From NCBI GenBank assembly GCA_045567335.1, contig JBJLCZ010000006.1, positions 9,732 to 73,731 of the forward strand: DNA of 64,000 nt, in the 5' to 3' direction. Each line of letters starts with the position of its first letter. Within the stretch, counting starts at the first letter, position 1. Shown piece after piece: positions 21,688-30,678 of this stretch. Below the pieces are notes generated by a model, which saw nothing but the letters and a program-made list of their open reading frames with translations, ran no database searches and was not told where the DNA came from. A program made the translations under genes and the position numbers. The DNA comes from Pelagibacteraceae bacterium (GTDB taxonomy: Bacteria > Pseudomonadota > Alphaproteobacteria > Pelagibacterales > Pelagibacteraceae).

Positions 21688-22171
21688 TTTTACCGTTATA
21701 AGCTTTTATTAAATTTTTCAATGAATTTTTTAATTTTATATCAGATATATTTTTAATTTTTTTTTCAAAATTATCTTTATTTATAACTTTTTTTTCAATT
21801 CTATTTTTTAAATTTAATTTATCTTGCATAATTTTTAATTTAATTTCTTTCATACAATTGTAGCCAAAAAATGCATTTATTTTATCTAAGATCTCTCTCT
21901 TATTGTACTCAATGTCCAGTTCATTTCCGTGTCTCACCATAACAACTATGGTTCCATTCGAGGCATTCTTTTCGAATCTTACCTTAATTGGGTAACAAGA
22001 GTTAGAAATTTTTTTTCCAACTATTTTTGTCCAATTATCAACAATTGTAGAAAAGTTATAACCACTTTTTTTTAGTATTTTTTTAAAACCACTAGGTATT
22101 GAGCTTGAAAATGGTCTAAGACCTTGTAAGAAATTCTGGCTTTTACTATTATTTACTTTTTTATTATGCAT
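21680..22171 (-). CDS. dciA: DUF721 / DciA family helicase loader
   Basis: WTKIVG, ILDKINAFFGY motif; divergent from mutY and upstream of dsbA-smc as in other alphaproteobacteria. Confidence 0.8.
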   Translation of the reverse strand: MHNKKVNNSKSQNFLQGLRPFSSSIPSGFKKILKKSGYNFSTIVDNWTKIVGKKISNSCYPIKVRFEKNASNGTIVVMVRHGNELDIEYNKREILDKINAFFGYNCMKEIKLKIMQDKLNLKNRIEKKVINKDNFEKKIKNISDIKLKNSLKNLIKAYNGKND

Positions 22172-23167
22172 ATAAATTACAATTTACCAAAAAAAATTCT
22201 AGCTTGGTATGATAATAATAGAAGAACTCTACCATGGCGTGTTGGTAAAAATTCAACAAAAAAGCTTTATTACAGACTTTTAAGTGAATTTATGTTGCAA
22301 CAAACTCAAGTCAAAACTGTAATTCCTTATTTTAAGAAATTTACTAAGGAATTTCCTACTTTAAACTCTTTATCTAAATGTAGTGAAAATAGAATTTTAA
22401 AACTATGGGAAGGACTTGGATATTACAGAAGAGCCAGAAATCTTTTAAGTTCAGTAAAAATTTTAGTAAAAGAAAATAATTCTCGTTTACCTAAAAAATT
22501 AGACGAAATTAAAAAATTACCTGGAATAGGTGAGTATACGGGAAATGCTTTGCTGGGACTAGTGCACGATCAACCAACGATCGCGGTCGATGGTAACGTT
22601 AAAAGAATTTTTTCTAGAATCTTAAATAAAAATGAGAAAAAAATTGATTATAAAGAACTAATAGAAAAAAATAAAATTTCATTATTTAACACTAAAAGAA
22701 ATGCTGATTTAGTTGAGGCTATTATGGAGTTTGGCGCTTTAATATGTAAGCCTAAAAATCCAGATTGTTCCAATTGTATAATTAAAAAGTTGTGTATTTC
22801 CAATCAATTAAAAAAAAAATTAAATAATAAGAACAAAAAAAAAGTTATTAAAAAAAAGATAAATATATTTTGCTATTTAAATAAAAAAAAACAGATTGCT
22901 TTAACTAAATATAATAATTTAGGATTTTTAAATAAATTTAATTTACCTCATATTGAAGAAACTTCCTTTAAAAAAATTGATAAAAAATGGAAATTACTTC
23001 ATAATTATAATAATTTCATTTCTAATAAAAAATTAAATATTAGTTTATACTATAAATTTTCAAATAAAATTCCTGTAAATTTTAGCTGGTATTCTTTACA
23101 AAGTAAAAATGAGTTTGTGCCTACTTTTACTAAAAAAATATTTAAACATATTTCTATTTTATACTAA
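22166..23167 (+). CDS. mutY: A/G-specific adenine glycosylase
   Basis: LPWR, SEFMLQQTQV, WEGLGYYRRARNL, LPGIGEYT, VDGNVKR, CxxxxxxCxxCxxxxxC 4Fe-4S motif. Confidence 0.95.
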   Translation: MHINYNLPKKILAWYDNNRRTLPWRVGKNSTKKLYYRLLSEFMLQQTQVKTVIPYFKKFTKEFPTLNSLSKCSENRILKLWEGLGYYRRARNLLSSVKILVKENNSRLPKKLDEIKKLPGIGEYTGNALLGLVHDQPTIAVDGNVKRIFSRILNKNEKKIDYKELIEKNKISLFNTKRNADLVEAIMEFGALICKPKNPDCSNCIIKKLCISNQLKKKLNNKNKKKVIKKKINIFCYLNKKKQIALTKYNNLGFLNKFNLPHIEETSFKKIDKKWKLLHNYNNFISNKKLNISLYYKFSNKIPVNFSWYSLQSKNEFVPTFTKKIFKHISILY

Positions 23168-24300
23168 TGAAAAAAAAAATAATTATAATTGGAGCTGGTG
23201 TTGCAGGACTTGTGCTAGCAAATATTTTAAAAAAAAATTCTGATTATGAATTTATAATTTACGAAAAAAATGATTCACTTATCTTAGATCAAGGTTATGG
23301 AATTCAGCTTTCAGTAAATAGTATTTCTATTTTAAATCAAATAGGATTTGAAAAAATAAATTATAATGAAATAAATAATCCTTCTTATTTAGATTTCTAT
23401 AATATTAATTATAAGAAAATAACTGATCTAGATCTCACTGTTTTTAATAACGAGAAAAATAAATATACAACTTTAAAACGATCAACTTTAATTAAATTTT
23501 TACGAAATGAACTTTTTTCAAATTCAATAAAATTTGGTAAAATGATTACTAACCTTGAACAAAATAGTAAAAAAATTAATATTGAGTTTCAAGACGGCAC
23601 GAGAGATAAAGCTGACTATCTTGTAGTATCTGATGGCGTTTTTTCTAAAACAAAATCTGTAATAGAAAAAAAAGAGTTTAAAAAAAATTATTATGGCGCT
23701 TTAGCAATAAGATCTAACTTAAATTCCAGCAATATTTCTCAACTTAATAGAAAAAATATTTCATTATTAATGGGCTCTGACGCTCATATTGTAGTGTACC
23801 CAGTAAATAAAAAAGAAGATATGAACTTAGTATGTGTAGTCAGGCAAAGTTTAAAAAATTTAAGCAACCCCTTAAGCGTTCTTAAGAAAACACTTTTTAG
23901 AGAAAACAAAAATTTAATAAATTTGTTTAAAGATAACTTAACATCTTGGCCAATTTACACGTCAATTAAACCTATTAAATCAATTTATGAAAATGTATTT
24001 TATATAGGAGATGCTTTTTATACCTTTCCACCAACGATGGCCCAAGGAGCTTCTCAATCAATAGAAAGTGCAAACGAAATTTTTAAATTATTAGATCAAC
24101 AAGAGGAAAACATTCAAGATAAATACTTTACAAATAGATTAAAAAGAACAAAAAAAATTATATTTAGATCTAAACTCAATTTTATATTTTTTCACTTATC
24201 TAATTCATTTTTAAGAATAATTAGAAATTTGATAATTAAAAATATAACTAAAAAAAAATTTTTTAAAGAAATTTACTTAGGTAATATTTTTAGAAAATAG
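23167..24300 (+). CDS. FAD-dependent monooxygenase (salicylate hydroxylase-like, group A)
   Basis: GAGVAG, GYGIQL, SDGVFS, IGDAFYTFPPTMAQGASQSIE. Confidence 0.85.
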   Translation: MKKKIIIIGAGVAGLVLANILKKNSDYEFIIYEKNDSLILDQGYGIQLSVNSISILNQIGFEKINYNEINNPSYLDFYNINYKKITDLDLTVFNNEKNKYTTLKRSTLIKFLRNELFSNSIKFGKMITNLEQNSKKINIEFQDGTRDKADYLVVSDGVFSKTKSVIEKKEFKKNYYGALAIRSNLNSSNISQLNRKNISLLMGSDAHIVVYPVNKKEDMNLVCVVRQSLKNLSNPLSVLKKTLFRENKNLINLFKDNLTSWPIYTSIKPIKSIYENVFYIGDAFYTFPPTMAQGASQSIESANEIFKLLDQQEENIQDKYFTNRLKRTKKIIFRSKLNFIFFHLSNSFLRIIRNLIIKNITKKKFFKEIYLGNIFRK

Positions 24301-25350
24301 TTTTTGTCTCAAATTATCGATAGGTGCAATTGCGCCATCTAAATTATAGTGCCAATAAGTCCAACCATTGCAACTTTCAGCACCTAAAATTTGAGCAGCA
24401 ACTTTATGAATTGAACCTTCATTATTATTACATTTTATACTTCCATCGGCCATTATTCTTGCATTATATTTCTTTTTTGAGTCGTATAAAGTCATTCCAG
24501 GTTCTAAAATTCCCATTTCTACTAATGAACCGAATGGTATTCTTGGTTTAGATTTATTGTTTTCAATTGTATCAAGATAATTTTCTTCAATTACTTTTGT
24601 TTTATTAATCCTATCTCTAGCTGTTTTGAAATATTTTTTATCTTTTTCTATACCAAAAAAATTTCTTCCTAATTTTTTAGCAACCACGGCTGTTGTTCCC
24701 GTCCCTAGAAATGGATCAAAAATTGTGTCACCTTTGTTAGTTGTTGCTAAAATAATTCTGTGTAATAAAGCTTCCGGTTTTTGAGTAGAGTGTACTTTTT
24801 TACCATTTTTTCTTAATCTTTCTTTTCCATTACATATAGGAAGCATCCAGTCCGATCTCATCTGCAAATCATCATTTAAGCATTTTAAAGATTGATAATT
24901 GAACGTATATTTAGATTTTTTATTTTTTGAAGCCCATATTAAAGTTTCGTGTGCATTGGTAAATCTTGTTCCCTTAAAATTTGGCATAGGGTTATTTTTT
25001 CTCCAAATAACATCGTTTAGCAACCAATAGTTTAAGTTCTGTAACTGATAACCTAGGCGAAATATATTGTGATATGATCCAATTACCCAAATACTTCCAT
25101 TTTCTTTTAAAATTCTTTTACATTCTGTCAGCCATTTTTTACAAAAATCATCATAATGTTTAAAGCTTTGAAATTGATCCCAATTATCGTTAACACCATT
25201 TACTCTAGTGTTATCAGGCCTAACTAATTTTTCTCCTATTTGTAGATTGTAAGGTGGATCTGCAAAAACTAAATCAAAGGTTTTTTCGGGAATTTTTTTT
25301 AATTCAGTTAAACAATCTCCATTAATAATTTTATTAATAAATTTGGACAT
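24277..25350 (-). CDS. ccrM: Cell-cycle-regulated GANTC DNA adenine methyltransferase
   Basis: FADPPYNLQ, GSYHNIFR, PMPNFKGTRFTNAHETLIWA, HSTQKPE, DPFLGTGTT, C-terminal GSIHK..CNGWTYW; next to rnhB; ATG 25350 preferred over TTG 25362. Confidence 0.95.
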   Translation of the reverse strand: MSKFINKIINGDCLTELKKIPEKTFDLVFADPPYNLQIGEKLVRPDNTRVNGVNDNWDQFQSFKHYDDFCKKWLTECKRILKENGSIWVIGSYHNIFRLGYQLQNLNYWLLNDVIWRKNNPMPNFKGTRFTNAHETLIWASKNKKSKYTFNYQSLKCLNDDLQMRSDWMLPICNGKERLRKNGKKVHSTQKPEALLHRIILATTNKGDTIFDPFLGTGTTAVVAKKLGRNFFGIEKDKKYFKTARDRINKTKVIEENYLDTIENNKSKPRIPFGSLVEMGILEPGMTLYDSKKKYNARIMADGSIKCNNNEGSIHKVAAQILGAESCNGWTYWHYNLDGAIAPIDNLRQKLFSKNIT

Positions 25351-25355
25351 TTGAG

Positions 25356-25376
25356 GATTCAACCTTAAATTGAATC
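25356..25376. promoter_or_regulatory. Inverted repeat with two GANTC sites upstream of ccrM
   Basis: GATTCAA-CCTTAAA-TTGAATC; TTGACC -35-like hexamer on minus strand at 25385-25380. Confidence 0.7.
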
Positions 25377-25409
25377 TACGGTCAAATAGTTTTACGTGAA
25401 AAAAGAAAT

Positions 25410-26000
25410 TTATAGTGTCTCAATTTTTTTTTGAAACAACATGTTGTGTACCGGCTTAAATTTTTTCCTGTGATGTGTGGTAATGCCAAACTTTTTTAAT
25501 CCTGCCATATGTGCCTTAGTTCCATATCCAAAATTTTTTTCCCAAGCATAATTATTAAAATTTTTAGACAAATTTATCATCAATAAATCCCTGTAAGTTT
25601 TTGCTAAAATTGATGCTGCGCTAATACACTTAATTTTTTCATCTCCTTTAATGATTGTTTTATAGTTTTTTATTCCTTTAGGAGCAAAGATACCATCTAT
25701 TAAAATTAATTTAGGTTTTTTTTTAAGTTTACTTATTGCTCGCTTCATAGATAGAAGCGAGGCTTGTAAAATATTTAAATCTGAGATTTCTTGAACAGAT
25801 GCCACACCGATAGCAAAATAAGAATTTTTTTTAATATAATTAGCTAATCTTATTCTATTTTGAAACTTGATTTTTTTTGAATCTTTTAATAGATCTAAGT
25901 CAATTTTTTTACTTAAAATTACTGCTGCTGAAACAACCGGACCTGCTAAAGATCCTCTACCTACTTCATCAACTCCTGCTGTCAAATCATTATTTTCCAA
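25410..26000 (-). CDS. rnhB: Ribonuclease HII
   Basis: AGVDEVGRGSLAGPV, LKDSKK, LIDG, IKGD, ISAASILAK, GYGT. Confidence 0.96.
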   Translation of the reverse strand: MENNDLTAGVDEVGRGSLAGPVVSAAVILSKKIDLDLLKDSKKIKFQNRIRLANYIKKNSYFAIGVASVQEISDLNILQASLLSMKRAISKLKKKPKLILIDGIFAPKGIKNYKTIIKGDEKIKCISAASILAKTYRDLLMINLSKNFNNYAWEKNFGYGTKAHMAGLKKFGITTHHRKKFKPVHNMLFQKKIETL

Positions 26001-26703
26001 TTTTAATCTTTAATTCTAAAATCTTTTTTTTTATCATTTTTAAATCAACCCATGCTAGCTTCTTTTGATCAGGCTGTCTCATTAGAAAAGCTGGGTGAAA
26101 TGAAACAATTACAGATGTTAAACATTTTCCAATTTTCTTTGTAATCCATTTACCCCTAACTTTTGAAATAATTTCTTTATCTCCTATTAAAGCGTTTAAA
26201 GCAGTATTACCTAATAAAATTAATATCTTGGGATTTACTATTTCTATATGTCTACATAGATAAGGTAAATATCTTTTAATTTCATCAGCTGTAGGTTTTC
26301 TGTTTTTAGGTGGCCTATAATTCACAACATTTGTTATATAAACATTATCTCTGTCTAAATTTATTGATTTCAACATTTTGTCTAAGAGTTGACCAGCCCT
26401 ACCTAAAAAAGGCAGACCCTCTTCATCCTCACTGGCGCCGGGTCCTTCAGCAACAATCATAATCTTAGAGTCCGGATGCCCATCTGCAAAAACAATATCA
26501 GTGGCATTTTTTTTTAATTCACAATTTTTAATATTTTCTATAGCTTTTTCAAGCCGTTTAAGTTGTTCTTCTTTATTTCCAGATATATTAGATTTATTTT
26601 TTTTATATCTATTAATAGATTGATTTTCATATATTAAATTATGATTAATTAAATTATAGTATTTAATTAACTTTGTTAATTTAGTATTAATCTTTTTAAC
26701 CAT
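25990..26703 (-). CDS. Uracil-DNA glycosylase family 4
   Basis: EGPGASED..GLPFLGRAGQLLDKM, YITNVV.YRPP.NR.P, FHPAFLMR. Confidence 0.92.
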   Translation of the reverse strand: MVKKINTKLTKLIKYYNLINHNLIYENQSINRYKKNKSNISGNKEEQLKRLEKAIENIKNCELKKNATDIVFADGHPDSKIMIVAEGPGASEDEEGLPFLGRAGQLLDKMLKSINLDRDNVYITNVVNYRPPKNRKPTADEIKRYLPYLCRHIEIVNPKILILLGNTALNALIGDKEIISKVRGKWITKKIGKCLTSVIVSFHPAFLMRQPDQKKLAWVDLKMIKKKILELKIKIGK

Positions 26704-26716
26704 TTTGAATTTTAGT

Positions 26717-28432
26717 ATGAAAAAAATAAAAAATCACATTTTAATTATATTACAAATATTTTTTTTCCTCAGCATTTTTAATGGCGTATGTGCAAAAAAT
26801 TTTGATAAATTTCTTAAAAGCGATAATATTAACAATTATTTTTCTGGAATTTTATATATTCAAGATAATGATTACGCTAATTCCTATAAATATCTTAAAA
26901 AATTAAAAGGATTAGAAAAAGATCATTATGGATATTCTAAAATTTATCAATATTCGCTTGTAAATACTGGAAGATTTGAAGAAGCTTTTAACTACTCAAA
27001 AAAATTAGAAATAGAGGGATTAGATAATTTTGAAAGTAATCTTATTATTGCCATTTATTACCTAAAAAATAATAATTTTAAAAATGCTCAAAAATATTTT
27101 AAAAAATTAAATCAAAATAATAGCAATGAAACATTACCAGGTTTTTTAGCAGAGTCATTAAATATTTGGTCTAAATTTATGTTAGAGGACAAAAAAATTA
27201 ATCCAAATTTGATAGACGGTATACACAATAGATTTAAAAATATTAAAAAGATTCAAAAAACTTTTGCTTATTGCTTCAGTAAATCTCCTAAAGCTGACTT
27301 ATATTTTAAAAAATTAATTACAAATGAAGAAATTAATTTTTCAAGATATAATTTCTTTTACGCTAATTATTTAAATAATAATAAAAAAAAACTAGAAGCA
27401 ATAAATGTCATCAATAAATCTTTACACAAGTATCCAAAAAATATTTTATTGAATCAGTTAAAAATAGATTTAAATACAAAAAAAATAAATAAATTTAACA
27501 ACAAGTTTGATTGTACAAATATTTCAGATGTTGTTGCAGAAATATTCTATGTTGTTTCTAATGCTCTTTCATCGCAATCATTATATTCAACATCAAATTT
27601 TTACTTAAATTTATCAAAATATTTAAATGGACAATTCATTTCATTTGACATTCTACACGCTGAAAATTTTTACTTATCCGGAAATTTAACAAAAGCTAAA
27701 ATTATTTATAATAAAATAAAAAAAAGAGGAGAAATATATGGCTGGTATTCTTCTAAACAAATTGCAAGAATTTTGATAAAACAAGATAATCAAGAAGAAG
27801 CTTTAAAAATTTTAGAAAAAGAATTTAACAAACTCCCAGGTTCGAATGTTTATAATATTTACGAATATGCTGATTTTTTAAAGAATAATAAAAAATTTAA
27901 AGAATCTTTGATTTTTTTTAATGAAGTTTTAAATACAATTAACAATCAACATCCATTATTTTCAAAAGCAAGCGAGGGTAGAGGTGTAGCATATGAAAGA
28001 CTAGGTAATTGGAAAAAGGCCGAACAAGACCTTTTACAATCATTAAATGTAAAACCAAAACAAGCTTATGTTATGAATTATCTAGCTTACTCATGGATTG
28101 AAAAAGGTATTAACATCGAAAAATCTTTAGAGATGTTAGAGGAGGCAAATCAAATAAAAAAAAATGATGGATACATAATAGATTCTTTGGGATGGGCTTT
28201 ATTTAAATTACAAAAATATAAAAAAGCTGAAAAGCATCTCAAGAAAGCAGTTATATTGATGCCTTCAGATCCAGTAGTAAACGATCATTTTGCCGACGTT
28301 TTATGGATGAATTCCAAAAAAATTCAAGCAAGATATTATTGGAATTATGTTCTAAATTTAAAAGAAGCAGAAAAGGAATTAAAAGAGTCAATCAAATTAA
28401 AATTAATTTTTGGACCTAAATTAAAGATTTAA
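26717..28432 (+). CDS. Tetratricopeptide repeat protein (exported)
   Basis: Signal-like N terminus; VMNYLAYSW, DGYIIDSLGWA, PSDPVVNDHFADVLW..ARYYW; upstream of ispE; alternative TTG start 26705. Confidence 0.88.
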   Translation: MKKIKNHILIILQIFFFLSIFNGVCAKNFDKFLKSDNINNYFSGILYIQDNDYANSYKYLKKLKGLEKDHYGYSKIYQYSLVNTGRFEEAFNYSKKLEIEGLDNFESNLIIAIYYLKNNNFKNAQKYFKKLNQNNSNETLPGFLAESLNIWSKFMLEDKKINPNLIDGIHNRFKNIKKIQKTFAYCFSKSPKADLYFKKLITNEEINFSRYNFFYANYLNNNKKKLEAINVINKSLHKYPKNILLNQLKIDLNTKKINKFNNKFDCTNISDVVAEIFYVVSNALSSQSLYSTSNFYLNLSKYLNGQFISFDILHAENFYLSGNLTKAKIIYNKIKKRGEIYGWYSSKQIARILIKQDNQEEALKILEKEFNKLPGSNVYNIYEYADFLKNNKKFKESLIFFNEVLNTINNQHPLFSKASEGRGVAYERLGNWKKAEQDLLQSLNVKPKQAYVMNYLAYSWIEKGINIEKSLEMLEEANQIKKNDGYIIDSLGWALFKLQKYKKAEKHLKKAVILMPSDPVVNDHFADVLWMNSKKIQARYYWNYVLNLKEAEKELKESIKLKLIFGPKLKI

Positions 28433-28438
28433 CAATTT

Positions 28439-29278
28439 ATGATTAAGTCATACGGAAAAATTAACCTTTCATTAAGAGTTTTAAAAAAAATGAAAAATGG
28501 ATTTCATGACATTCAATCAAATAATGTATTAATAAATATATACGATGATATTTTTATTACTAAAAGAAAAAATAATAGAGATTTAATAGTCTTTAAAGGA
28601 AATCATAAAAAATTTATTAGTAAGCTTCAAAATTCAGTTATAAAAACTATGAAAATTTTAAGAATTAAAAAAATTATAGATAAAAATATTTTTTATAAAA
28701 TAATAATAAATAAAAAAATACCAGTATTTGGTGGGTTAGGTGGAGGAACAAGTAATTCTGCATTTATAGTTAAGTATTTTCAGACAAAAAAAATTAGTAA
28801 CTCTGTAATAAAAAACTTTGAAAAAGAAGTAGGCACAGATTTTAGACTATTTTTTTATAAACAATCTTTTCAAAAAAAATTAGGTATCATTGATGAATAC
28901 GAAAAAAAATATAAATTACATATTATTATTATTTATCCAAATTTTAAATGCTCTACAAAAAATATCTATTCTAAGGTCAAATCTTACAGTCATGTTTCTA
29001 AAATAGATTTTTCTAGGAGAAGGAATTTGATAAAATATATTGAATTATTAAAAAAAGAAAAAAATGACCTGCAAAAAATAGTAGTATCAAAATTTAATAA
29101 GATTAAGAAAATAATCGATTTTATATCTGCTCAAAAAGGCTGTAGCTTTTCAAGAATAACAGGCTCTGGATCAGTTTGTTTTGGTATATTTAAAAGTGAA
29201 AGTTCAGCTAAAATGGGATTAAAAATAATTAAAAAAAAATTTCCAAATTATTGGTGTGCGTATACTTATACTATTTAA
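28439..29278 (+). CDS. ispE: 4-diphosphocytidyl-2-C-methyl-D-erythritol kinase
   Basis: GKINLSLRV, KKIPVFGGLGGGTSNSA, GTD, NDL, ITGSGSVCFG. Confidence 0.9.
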   Translation: MIKSYGKINLSLRVLKKMKNGFHDIQSNNVLINIYDDIFITKRKNNRDLIVFKGNHKKFISKLQNSVIKTMKILRIKKIIDKNIFYKIIINKKIPVFGGLGGGTSNSAFIVKYFQTKKISNSVIKNFEKEVGTDFRLFFYKQSFQKKLGIIDEYEKKYKLHIIIIYPNFKCSTKNIYSKVKSYSHVSKIDFSRRRNLIKYIELLKKEKNDLQKIVVSKFNKIKKIIDFISAQKGCSFSRITGSGSVCFGIFKSESSAKMGLKIIKKKFPNYWCAYTYTI

Positions 29279-29313
29279 TTATATCTCTTTATGATATATC
29301 AACACAATAACAA

Positions 29314-29387
29314 TGGGGCATAGCCAAGCGGTAAGGCAGTGGTTTTTGATACCACCATCCTAGGTTCGAATCCTAGTGCCCCAGCCA
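29314..29387 (+). tRNA. tRNA-Gln(TTG)
   Basis: TGGGGCA/TGCCCCA acceptor (U1-A72), D arm GCCAAGCGGTAAGGC, anticodon arm GTGGT-TTTTGAT-ACCAC, GGTTCGAATCC T arm, encoded CCA. Confidence 0.96.
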
Positions 29388-29394
29388 AATAAAA

Positions 29395-30678
29395 ATGAAT
29401 AAATTTTTTTTTAATAAAAACTTAGTTAAAAAAATTAAAAATTTTTTCTTTCCTTTTTACAAAACAAAAGAGGCTAGAATCATATTTAATATTTTTAACG
29501 AAGGTCAATTAAAAAATAAAAATATTGCCATGTTTGTTGGGGGGTGTGTTAGAAAATATTTAAAAAATGAAAAAATTGATGACATCGATATCGCTACAGT
29601 TTTAACACCTGAGGAAATTAAACAAAAATTTAGCAAAACAAATGTTAAAGTTATTGAAACAGGTTTGGATCATGGCACATTAACTCTAATAATTAATGAT
29701 AAAAAATTTGAAGTAACTACATTAAGAAAAGACACTGAAAATTTTGGAAGACACGCTACAGTTTCATTCTTAGAGGATTGGAAAATGGATTCTGAGCGAA
29801 GAGATTTTACAATAAATTCAATTTACCTCGATCAAAAAGGAAAAATATTTGATCCTCAGTTAGGTATTCAAGATCTCAAAAATAATTTTGTCAAATTTAT
29901 TGGTAACCCAAATCAAAGAATACAAGAAGATTACCTTAGAATTATAAGGTTTTTAAGATTTTCAATACAATATGATAGCAACGCAGACATTGAAACTATA
30001 CAAGCACTAAAACTAAATCTAAATGGAATAAAATTTCTTTCAAAAGAAAGGATCTTAAGTGAATTGGTGAAGATATTAAGTTTAAAAAATTTTAGCAATA
30101 TTTTAAAACATAAAAATAAAAAAGAAATTTTTTTAATGATATTTCCCGAATTTATAAATTTAAATTTTTTAAGTAAGATAAAATTCCTTTCAAAATTTGA
30201 AAAAAATGAAATTGATACAAATATACTTTTAGCGACCATGTTAATTGATAAAACTAATAATCATGAGTATTTTTGCCATAAATACAAAACATCAAATTAT
30301 ATAAAGGATCAATTAAGTTTTTTCGCAACTACATTAGAGGAATATGATTTAGATAAGCAATTTTTTAAAAAAAACCTAAAAAAAAATATATATTTTTTAG
30401 GCAAAAACAGATTAAAAAAATTTAACTTATTTTTATTTTTAAAAAATTCAAAATTATCTTTGAAAAAATATAATGAAATTACAACAAGTATATCCAAGAC
30501 TTTAGTCCCAGAATTTCCTTATAACGGAAAATATTTAATAAAAAAGGGTTTGGTAGAAGGCAAGAAAGTAGGATTAGCTATTAAAGAACTTGAGAGAGCT
30601 TGGTTAAAAAATAATTTTTTTTTAAATAGCAAAAGCATCGTGACTATAGTTAATAAAGTAAAAAATCAAACATATTGA
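29395..30678 (+). CDS. cca: CCA tRNA nucleotidyltransferase (class II)
   Basis: VGGCVR, DIDIAT, HGT, EVTTLRKD, RRDFTIN, EDYLRIIRFLRF, SKERI. Confidence 0.92.
   Translation: MNKFFFNKNLVKKIKNFFFPFYKTKEARIIFNIFNEGQLKNKNIAMFVGGCVRKYLKNEKIDDIDIATVLTPEEIKQKFSKTNVKVIETGLDHGTLTLIINDKKFEVTTLRKDTENFGRHATVSFLEDWKMDSERRDFTINSIYLDQKGKIFDPQLGIQDLKNNFVKFIGNPNQRIQEDYLRIIRFLRFSIQYDSNADIETIQALKLNLNGIKFLSKERILSELVKILSLKNFSNILKHKNKKEIFLMIFPEFINLNFLSKIKFLSKFEKNEIDTNILLATMLIDKTNNHEYFCHKYKTSNYIKDQLSFFATTLEEYDLDKQFFKKNLKKNIYFLGKNRLKKFNLFLFLKNSKLSLKKYNEITTSISKTLVPEFPYNGKYLIKKGLVEGKKVGLAIKELERAWLKNNFFLNSKSIVTIVNKVKNQTY

Noticed and set aside
24277-25350. Methyltransferase as part of a restriction-modification/defence system
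   Set aside because: CcrM-specific motifs and C-terminal domain, rnhB neighbour and no cognate endonuclease indicate the solitary regulatory MTase
29279-29400. tRNA-Gln as a possible island integration site
   Set aside because: No integrase, duplicated tRNA 3' end or foreign genes; flanked by core ispE and cca
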